Below, piece after piece: positions 57,096 to 64,000 of a stretch of 64,000 nt of DNA. Under the pieces are notes generated by a model. That model had not been told where the DNA came from. It ran no database searches and worked only from the letters and a program-made list of their open reading frames with translations. Position 1 is the stretch's first letter, and each line of letters starts with the position of its first letter. The translations under genes and the position numbers were made by a program. Origin of the DNA: Minisyncoccia bacterium (GTDB lineage: Bacteria; Patescibacteriota; Minisyncoccia; Phycocordibacterales; UBA9973). The DNA lies in contig JBAQFO010000012.1 in NCBI GenBank assembly GCA_049287305.1, forward strand, positions 89,768 through 153,767. The letters are read 5' to 3'.

Positions 57096-59729
57096 ATGAA
57101 AAAACTTTTCTTGAGCGTTTCATTTTTAGCATTAGCTTTTTACTTTACTAGCGGTATTGAAGTTTCCGCTCAAGTTGCTCCCCAAGCTTATCCCTTCGGC
57201 AAGACAGTACAGGGCAATCTACGTGTTAATAATCCTATAACCGTAGCTGACGGAGAGGATTACTGGTTTCAGATCACCAATGCTCCTTTGAATGCTCAAG
57301 TAAAGCTCTGGGTGGACAATGGTGACAGTAAGGGCTTCCAAGATTTTGGGGTTATAGGAAAAACTGCGCAAAGCAATACCGCGTATGTACAAGTGGGAGA
57401 TTTTAATTTGCAGAAGGTTTTGGATTGTTCTAAATACGAATATTTAGAGCCTGGCAAGAGTTTGTCAGTGGGCAACCGGGACTTGTTTCAGAGATTCTAT
57501 GTGGAATTTGTAGGTTTAAATAAAGTCTCTAATATTGACTCGGCCGTGCGGGACTGTTCTCAGACAGGAGACCCGGTATCTACCGGCAATATAATTTTCC
57601 CTTATACATTAGAAAGTATTTACGGCAGAAATAATATCGTCAAGCCTTTTCCCGACAGCTACCCCTCCGGAATACCTGCGTCGCTGAAATTTGCCGGAAG
57701 ATACTTTGACGGACGCGACAGAGGCGGCACAAACACAGGCCTAGGCTTTGAATGGTATGAACCGTATGGAGTTTCAACTAATGTTGAGGGGGGCAATAAT
57801 CCGAGAATTGTGGGAAACAAGATTTATCTTGCTATCGGAGGCACCATAGCTACATATAACAAAGATACATTTCTCAGTCGAATTGCCAATAAAGCAAATG
57901 ATTCCCTAGCTGTTTTCGCTGGAACTCAGGAACATAATACCCATGATTTAAAATTTCAATATGATCACTCTGCTGTGCCCTGGGATGCCTACATATATCC
58001 AGAACATCCAGACAACGCATGGATGCGTGAATTTTGTGACTGCCATACGGGTGTCACGTGGTTCGAAGCAGATGACCGCGGATATGTGTATTTCAGTGAT
58101 TCCTTCGGTTTCGGTATTGCCCGAGATAGTGGTTCGAGTTTACGGATAATTACACAAGTACGAGACACAGAAAGTATATATAATACAGACGGGTCAATAC
58201 ATGCTTCGCCCTGGCTTCGAACCGGTAAAAACGGGACAGTGAGGTTAACCGATATGGATGGCTATGGAAAGCCAAATGGAGACAGTAGTCATATAACGGT
58301 AGTCAAAACCGGAGGTAAATATTATGCAGTATTTACCGGACTATCTGCAAGTGGGGCAGGAGGCACGAAAATAATAGATGTTACTGATCCAAACAATCCT
58401 GCCTATGTGCGATCTGATCCAAAAGAGGCTATCCGCAAATTAGTTCAGGCCGGTGAAACTGTCGCAGTAACTACCGGAATTTCTCATGGCGGATTTGCGC
58501 AAACAAATTCTGAGATTAAGATTTACAATGCAGCAGATTTTATCAACGGTGGTGCACCGCTGAAAACTTTTGTTGCCGGACCTGTAATGCAGGATAAACA
58601 TGCAACAGCAGCTTATACTGGCTTAGCAATAGATAAAGTTAGTAAGAAAATTTACTCCGTGGTGTACTCTTCCAATCCAAGGCCAAAGTCCAGCATACCG
58701 GCATACATATTGCCGACTGCCTCTGTCGCTGTATTTACTCCGAGCGGGAGTATTTATACCGAACAAAGATATGTAATCAGTCCGGAAACAATGGGAGGAA
58801 GGGCTGGAAATCCTGGTTGGAACGGGTATCAGTATATTTACACAATAAAAGATCTGGATTATCAAAGTGGTTACCTGGTTGCAAGAGGTCAAGCTCCGGA
58901 TTTATACAGCGACGTTAAGATATGGAAACTTGCGACTGGCGCACCACAAGAACTAGATACCAAAGATTTTTTGCACGAATATTATAAAGGGTTAGGTGAA
59001 ATATATCAGGTGAGCGTCCAGGTAATAGGAGAAAAAGCTTTTCTATTTGTCGGCACTTTTTATACAGCCGATGTCTATGAACTTACAGGTGCAGTTTCAG
59101 TTACTCCCACGGACCCAGTTGTGGATAACGGCTGTGCTGCAGGAAATGTTTACAGCACGACCACTGGCAACCCCTGCGTCTGCGTCCTTAATCCACCGTT
59201 TCCGCTCGGAACAAGAGGAGAAGAAGTCAAAGTGCTTCAACGAAAACTGAAAGCTGCGGGGTTCTTTGGTAGCAATAAAATAGATGGAATTTTCGGACCA
59301 ATGACAGCAGCAGCCGCCTTGGCTTATTGTTCCAGCGTGGAGCATCCGAGATATACTCCAACCCCTACACCAACGTCAACAGCGCCAACAATAAACACGA
59401 TAGATGGTCCTACCTCCATAAGTGTAAATACGCTAGGGACTTGGACCGCCAGAGCGACAGATGCGAACGGCGACGACCTTACTTGGTCAGTAAACTGGGG
59501 AGGAGGACGCTCAACACATACTTGCCCTATAAATGCACCAAAAGGAACTTCGCAAGGCTGGAATTACACAACATCTAACTCATGGTCCCAGACGGGGACA
59601 TACACGGTTACAATGTATGCTTCAGATTGCAGGGGGGGCACGGTCAGTAAAACAACTTCAGTTACCGTAACGGGCGGCGGAGGGGGAGGGGGCGGACAGC
59701 CAATAGACCCGGCTCAGAACGTATTTTAG
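57096..59729 (+). CDS. secreted surface protein paralog with the same C-terminal module (Cys repeat, PG_binding_1-like, PKD-like) plus a poly-Gly tail
   Basis: Start at ATG 57096 (MKKLFLSVSFLALAFYF), preceded by TATAAT 6 nt upstream. The C-terminal roughly 180 aa align closely with the previous gene. Confidence 0.65.
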   Translation: MKKLFLSVSFLALAFYFTSGIEVSAQVAPQAYPFGKTVQGNLRVNNPITVADGEDYWFQITNAPLNAQVKLWVDNGDSKGFQDFGVIGKTAQSNTAYVQVGDFNLQKVLDCSKYEYLEPGKSLSVGNRDLFQRFYVEFVGLNKVSNIDSAVRDCSQTGDPVSTGNIIFPYTLESIYGRNNIVKPFPDSYPSGIPASLKFAGRYFDGRDRGGTNTGLGFEWYEPYGVSTNVEGGNNPRIVGNKIYLAIGGTIATYNKDTFLSRIANKANDSLAVFAGTQEHNTHDLKFQYDHSAVPWDAYIYPEHPDNAWMREFCDCHTGVTWFEADDRGYVYFSDSFGFGIARDSGSSLRIITQVRDTESIYNTDGSIHASPWLRTGKNGTVRLTDMDGYGKPNGDSSHITVVKTGGKYYAVFTGLSASGAGGTKIIDVTDPNNPAYVRSDPKEAIRKLVQAGETVAVTTGISHGGFAQTNSEIKIYNAADFINGGAPLKTFVAGPVMQDKHATAAYTGLAIDKVSKKIYSVVYSSNPRPKSSIPAYILPTASVAVFTPSGSIYTEQRYVISPETMGGRAGNPGWNGYQYIYTIKDLDYQSGYLVARGQAPDLYSDVKIWKLATGAPQELDTKDFLHEYYKGLGEIYQVSVQVIGEKAFLFVGTFYTADVYELTGAVSVTPTDPVVDNGCAAGNVYSTTTGNPCVCVLNPPFPLGTRGEEVKVLQRKLKAAGFFGSNKIDGIFGPMTAAAALAYCSSVEHPRYTPTPTPTSTAPTINTIDGPTSISVNTLGTWTARATDANGDDLTWSVNWGGGRSTHTCPINAPKGTSQGWNYTTSNSWSQTGTYTVTMYASDCRGGTVSKTTSVTVTGGGGGGGGQPIDPAQNVF

Positions 59730-59757
59730 TTGATAAATTATCTATTGGTAGTATACT
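59730..59757 (+). promoter_or_regulatory. promoter TTGATA-16-TATACT placed 6 nt before ATG 59764 (leaderless-type)
   Basis: Read from the sequence. Confidence 0.45.
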
Positions 59758-59763
59758 TTGGGT

Positions 59764-62358
59764 ATGAAAAAATACATGCGAGTGTTTCTCGTTCTAGTCT
59801 TTGTTTTCAGCCTATTTAGCATTAATGTCTACAACGCAAGCGCAACTACCCCTGCTTCCGAGGAGGGGTGTAGTGGAGGCGCGATATATAATTATTTAAC
59901 CGGGGAAAGATGTGTGGCTTCCCACCCCCAGGATGGATGCCAGCCCGGATTTAAATACAGCCCTCTTACCGGAGCCAGGTGTTCCGATGATGAAGATGAA
60001 GTTCCTATTTTTCCTCCGGGGTGCACTAGTAGTGCAGGGTATAGCTACTTAACAGGACAGCGCTGCTTCCCATACCCTGTCCCTGTTCCATTTCCTACAC
60101 CTCCTTCTGCGGTAAATTTCTCATATCTTCAAATCTCCGGAGTCCCATCCAAATATCAATTTTCCGTCAGCTCTCCAAAACTTTTTGATAAAGTAGTCAT
60201 AACTCCGGATTGCAGTGAAAGCGGAAAAATAGAAATAGTTGGACCTGTTGGTAAAGAAAGATGCAGAGCCTTCAGTGCGTCTCTCCGTCCGACAAACGGC
60301 ATTTCATATTCTGTTTACCTTACTTCAAAAGATGCGAATGTTCACTACGCAGATGTTCGTGCGGATATTTATTACAAAGGTTCTTTCGTGGGAACCAATA
60401 CGATTGAAGTCGCGGTTTATCCTTCCGTCAGCAATTCAGGTGGTCCTGTTATCAACGGAGTAAGCGGACCACAGACTTTAAATGTGAACCAACTAGGAAC
60501 TTGGAAAGTTTCAGCTTATAACAAAAATGGCGGGAATCTTTCTTATTCCGTTGTTTGGGGAGATGAGTATTCATACGGATACGGCGCAAATTCAAATGCA
60601 GTTAAAGCGGCGAATATTTCTCAACAGTCCGCAACCTTTACTCATATTTATTCTCAAGCGGGGACATATTCACCCACTTTCACGGTTACAAGTCCAAATA
60701 CAATCAGATGTGTTCAAGCTCCATGCCCTTCGAACGGAGGGAGTGCGCAAACTAGTTTGAGTGTAAACGTAGGGAATTCAAAAAACTCAGGATATTTATA
60801 TATTTCCCCTTCAAGTATTTCACTTGGCGTCGGTGAAAATAAAAGCGTAAAAGCATACTATCAGCCACCTATGCCCCCATGTCCTACTCTCACAGTGTGC
60901 GCGCAAGTAATGCCTGCGCCTAGTGATGTTACTGCTTATACAGATTGGTCATCAAGCAACTCCAATGTAGCCAAAGTGGAATACATAGCTCCTACTTGTA
61001 TAGGCTGCAAGTCTTATCCAATGGTGCGAGGAGTGTCTCCAGGAACTGCTAAAATTACTGCAATCTATGGTGAAGTTGTTGCAACAAATGTTGTATTTGT
61101 GGTGGGAAAAGAGGTATCTTCTATTACAGTTCTTTCTCCGAATGGCGGAGAAACATTTATACAAGGTCAGGAAAATAAAATTTCTTGGTCAGGCGGAAAT
61201 AATAGCGTAGATCTCGGGCTAGTTCTTGAGGGCGCCACTCAGAACACAAACATCGCTGGAAATCCTTATCAGATAGTGGGATGGATAAGAACTAATCTAA
61301 AGGCAAATTCTCCGGGGTATATTATGTGGGATGCCAAAAAAGTATGCGGGGGCGGAAATGTTTGTTGGAATGTGTCACCTGGCAGCTATAAAATAATAGC
61401 CATCACTGAAGATAAAGTTGGTAATAAACTCATATGGGATTCTATCGCTAATAAGCAAGGAGCGTGGGATTTAAGTGATAGTTATTTCAAAATTACAAGC
61501 GATACCCCAACTTCAACTAACTTAATAAAAATTCGTCCAGCAAATAAGCAAAAAAACTATGAACCGGGACAGATAGATGTCACCCTCGCTGAGTTCAATT
61601 TTACAGCGCTTGATTCTGGCACGAAGGCAACGTTTAGCGACCTTGGTTTTTGGGGGTTTATGGCTGATTCTCAAGGAAATTACTATACATCCAGTCCTAC
61701 ATACCCAACACATTTTAAAAATTTCACATTGTGGGTAAATGGAATAAAACACTCTTACGCTGAAGCATCTAGTATGGGCGATATAAGTTTTTCTGGAAAA
61801 AGTGAATTCTTGGTTTCTTACGGATCTCCTGTAAAAGTGTCGCTGAAAGCCAATGTAGCTGCTGGGATGTCTGCGGCGACCTACAGATTTGCTTTAACTG
61901 GCTATGGCACTGACGGCATTTACGATATTGATTATCTTGATTCTTCAGGTATGGTTTTTACGGGTGCGGATTCTGAGATTAAAATAAAGGGATCTACTTC
62001 CAATTGTTCGTCTTCAGGATATGATACTCAAACTGGCTTTCGTTGTGGGTGCACCTCAACTTCAGGATATAGCGCCACAAATGGCATGTCTTGCAAAATC
62101 AGCGACGATGGGAACGGGCGAAATCAGGTTTTTGGAGCCGAAACCTTTGCTTTCACGGAACGATTACAGCGAGGCTCGGAAGGAAATGAAGTTATAGAAT
62201 TGCAAAAATTTCTTGTTGAGGCGGGATATGACGTGGGTAGTGTTGACGGAAAATTTGGACTAAAAACACAAGCCGCTGTTTCTCAATTGCAGACAAAAAA
62301 TAATTTAAAAGTTGACGGAATTGTAGGAACCGAAGTCAGATTATTGCTTAATAGATAA
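59764..62358 (+). CDS. secreted surface protein with five Cys-bracketed repeats, a Big_2-like Ig domain and a C-terminal PG_binding_1-like domain
   Basis: Signal peptide MKKYMRVFLVLVFVFSLF. Repeats GCSGGAIYNYLTGERC, GCQPGFKYSPLTGARC, GCTSSAGYSYLTGQRC, CSSSGYDTQTGFRC and CTSTSGYSATNGMSC. Big_2-like segment (VSPGTAKITAIYGEVVATNV). C-terminal RGSEGNEVIELQKFLVEAGYDVGSVDGKFGLKTQAAVSQLQ. Confidence 0.65.
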   Translation: MKKYMRVFLVLVFVFSLFSINVYNASATTPASEEGCSGGAIYNYLTGERCVASHPQDGCQPGFKYSPLTGARCSDDEDEVPIFPPGCTSSAGYSYLTGQRCFPYPVPVPFPTPPSAVNFSYLQISGVPSKYQFSVSSPKLFDKVVITPDCSESGKIEIVGPVGKERCRAFSASLRPTNGISYSVYLTSKDANVHYADVRADIYYKGSFVGTNTIEVAVYPSVSNSGGPVINGVSGPQTLNVNQLGTWKVSAYNKNGGNLSYSVVWGDEYSYGYGANSNAVKAANISQQSATFTHIYSQAGTYSPTFTVTSPNTIRCVQAPCPSNGGSAQTSLSVNVGNSKNSGYLYISPSSISLGVGENKSVKAYYQPPMPPCPTLTVCAQVMPAPSDVTAYTDWSSSNSNVAKVEYIAPTCIGCKSYPMVRGVSPGTAKITAIYGEVVATNVVFVVGKEVSSITVLSPNGGETFIQGQENKISWSGGNNSVDLGLVLEGATQNTNIAGNPYQIVGWIRTNLKANSPGYIMWDAKKVCGGGNVCWNVSPGSYKIIAITEDKVGNKLIWDSIANKQGAWDLSDSYFKITSDTPTSTNLIKIRPANKQKNYEPGQIDVTLAEFNFTALDSGTKATFSDLGFWGFMADSQGNYYTSSPTYPTHFKNFTLWVNGIKHSYAEASSMGDISFSGKSEFLVSYGSPVKVSLKANVAAGMSAATYRFALTGYGTDGIYDIDYLDSSGMVFTGADSEIKIKGSTSNCSSSGYDTQTGFRCGCTSTSGYSATNGMSCKISDDGNGRNQVFGAETFAFTERLQRGSEGNEVIELQKFLVEAGYDVGSVDGKFGLKTQAAVSQLQTKNNLKVDGIVGTEVRLLLNR

Positions 62359-62452
62359 GCCTTTGGCGCAAATTGTTTCTTGCGGGGAAAGTCGTATACC
62401 CGGTAGTGAGTTTTGGTAAAGCACAAAGTGCGCTCCGACCTTGTTCGGAGCA

Positions 62453-62480
62453 TTGCCAAAATCTACTAACCGGGTATAAT
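62453..62480 (+). promoter_or_regulatory. promoter TTGCCA-16-TATAAT placed 6 nt before ATG 62487 (leaderless-type)
   Basis: Read from the sequence. Confidence 0.45.
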
Positions 62481-62486
62481 ACACAA

Positions 62487-63068
62487 ATGGAAATTCTAGG
62501 TAAAATATTGGGCAACTCTGCGCGGGTAAAAATAATGCGCCTCTTCCTCATTAATAGAGGTAAAACTTTTGCGGCCAAAGACGTGGCGAAAAGAAGCAGA
62601 GTAGCAGCTCCCATGGTGCGTCGGGAACTTCGCCTTTTGGCATCAGTTGGATTCATAAAGAAACGAGGGGCGAATTGGTCTTTTGATGCTCAGTTCCAAT
62701 ACGGTTCGGAGTTTGAAGACCTCCTTTTAGGAGGAGACACTTTAAGCAAAGAATCAATCCTGGGGAACTTCAAGAAAGTCGGACGCATTAAGCTGTTTGT
62801 CGTTTCCGGCATTTTCATTAAAAGCCACGAAAGCAGAGTGGACTTGCTTATTGTTGGAGACAAAATGAAACGGGGGAGGATAGAGGAAGGGGTAAAAAAA
62901 ATGGAAGCCGAAATGGGCGGAGAATTGTCCTACGCCGTCTTTGAAACTAAAGAATTCCTTTACAGACTAAATATGTATGACAAGCTGGTTCGGGACATCT
63001 TAGACTATCCTCACGAGGTAATTCTTCAGGCGAAGGAGTTATCCACACAAACCCTTAAAAAGGCTTAA
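62487..63068 (+). CDS. putative transcriptional regulator: N-terminal winged-helix (ArsR/MarR-like) plus an uncharacterised C-terminal domain
   Basis: The start is placed at MEILGK. The wHTH pattern is ARVKIMRLFLINRGKTFAAKDVAKRSRVAAPMVRRELRLLASVGFI. Confidence 0.4.
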   Translation: MEILGKILGNSARVKIMRLFLINRGKTFAAKDVAKRSRVAAPMVRRELRLLASVGFIKKRGANWSFDAQFQYGSEFEDLLLGGDTLSKESILGNFKKVGRIKLFVVSGIFIKSHESRVDLLIVGDKMKRGRIEEGVKKMEAEMGGELSYAVFETKEFLYRLNMYDKLVRDILDYPHEVILQAKELSTQTLKKA

Positions 63069-63146
63069 AATTTGGTATAATAATTCTAGAACTTTAATAA
63101 GGTCGAAACTTAAAAAAGTGCTTTTATTATTAATTAATTATTTATT

Positions 63147-63839
63147 ATGGATAATAATCTTTGGCTTGCGTGGAGCGACGTGTTTACTCAGTCGCTTCAA
63201 ACTCTTTGGTGGAATTTCGTTCAATTTACACCGAGATTGGTTATAGCTATCGTTTTCTTTGTTGTGGGTTGGTTGCTGGGTTCCCTTATTGCGCGAGCAA
63301 TAGAGCAAGTATTTAACAGCTTGAAAATAGATGGGCTGTTTTCATCTATTGGTGCTGATAATTTCTTGAGAAAGGCCGGAATGAATCTCAATACGGGATA
63401 TTTTGTCGGACAAGTTGTTCGATGGTTTATCATAATCGTATTCCTTCTTCCTTCTCTTAATATCGTAGGGCTTTACGATGTCGCCTCTTTCTTGAAAGAC
63501 GATGTGCTTGGATATTTGCCGCAAGTTATCATCGCCGCGTTTGTGCTTATCATCGCCGCGCTTGTTTCTGAAGCTCTGTCCAAGACAGTCTTGGCTACCA
63601 GCAAAGCTATGAACCTACGAGCAGCTAACATGCTTGCGACAGTAGCTAAATACGCTGTCTGGGTGTTTGCTTTCATAATCGCTCTGGGCAAACTCGGACT
63701 TAACGACTACATGAGCATTCTATTCTCAGGAATCATCGCCATGCTTGCCCTCGGAGGCGCTCTCGCTTTCGGCTTGGGTGGCAAGGAGCACGCTTCTCGC
63801 CTCATTTCCCGTCTCGGGGAAGAGGTTTCCGAAAGATAA
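63147..63839 (+). CDS. conserved membrane protein with duplicated TM-helix repeat (MscS-N-terminal/PF05552-like), hypothetical
   Basis: Two similar halves, each a TM helix followed by a short amphipathic segment. Confidence 0.4.
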   Translation: MDNNLWLAWSDVFTQSLQTLWWNFVQFTPRLVIAIVFFVVGWLLGSLIARAIEQVFNSLKIDGLFSSIGADNFLRKAGMNLNTGYFVGQVVRWFIIIVFLLPSLNIVGLYDVASFLKDDVLGYLPQVIIAAFVLIIAALVSEALSKTVLATSKAMNLRAANMLATVAKYAVWVFAFIIALGKLGLNDYMSILFSGIIAMLALGGALAFGLGGKEHASRLISRLGEEVSER

Positions 63840-63871
63840 AAAACCGAAGTAAAAACACGACTTTAACCCAA

Positions 63872-63910
63872 AAAAGATGTCCCCAGTTTCTACTGGTTGA
63901 CATCTTTTTT
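63872..63910 (+). terminator. intrinsic terminator: AAGATGTC ... GACATCTT then TTTT
   Basis: Perfect 8-bp outer stem with an inner CCAG/CTGG pair, followed by a T-run. Confidence 0.7.
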
Positions 63911-64000
63911 GATTCTAATACAATAAGTAGTATAGATATGAAAGTAAAATATAGTAAATCTTTTATAACAACAACTTCATCTACCAGCCTTCCCCATAGA

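Noticed and set aside
1-64000. CRISPR arrays, tRNA and rRNA genes
   Set aside because: I found no regularly spaced direct repeats and no GTTCGA/TTCRANTC T-loop contexts with acceptor stems. The GC-rich patches examined do not fold as tRNAs.

Overview
This 64-kb window is AT-rich with short intergenic spacers and looks like a reduced, possibly CPR/Patescibacteria-like genome; that assignment is inference from composition, gene content and the many surface proteins. The first third is core housekeeping on both strands: ileS, an MBL-fold hydrolase, recO, glyQS, an M16 peptidase, an AI-2E permease, metG, tatD, rpsF-ssb-rpsR, efp, recA and ftsK. The middle (about 26.6-50.5 kb) is one large surface-glycan locus. 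It holds the GDP-fucose pathway (gmd, fcl) with two GT11 fucosyltransferases, a CDP-dideoxyhexose pathway (rfbF, rfbG, rfbH, a 3,5-epimerase and a reductase), the dTDP-rhamnose genes rmlA, rmlB and rmlC, two GT2 enzymes, a GT17-like protein, Wzx and Wzy-like proteins and a WbaP-type priming transferase. Three paralogous GIY-YIG mini-genes sit inside this locus. The last part carries rplJ-rplL, purH and three tandem secreted proteins built from Cys-bracketed repeats, PG_binding_1 domains, and PKD-like or Big_2-like modules.

The most unusual observations are these:
1. ileS carries an in-frame histidine-phosphatase (PGAM-like) domain of about 200 aa with intact RHG and THG motifs.
2. Short inverted or direct repeats bracket the GIY-YIG mini-genes, and a TCCCGTTAGA footprint recurs elsewhere in the window.
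3. A hairpin repeat family occurs in three copies; its arm sequences differ but its roughly 45-nt loop is conserved.
4. Four islets of high GC and high GC3 each encode a small, mostly Cys-rich protein with its own SD and terminator. Three of the four are Cys-rich (CxxC-type) and one is acidic with no Cys. Promoter-like sequences are clear at only two of them.
5. A T-box-like leader lies upstream of ileS.
6. Several genes have a -10 box placed about 6 nt before the ATG, consistent with leaderless mRNAs.

I found no rRNA, tRNA or CRISPR array.
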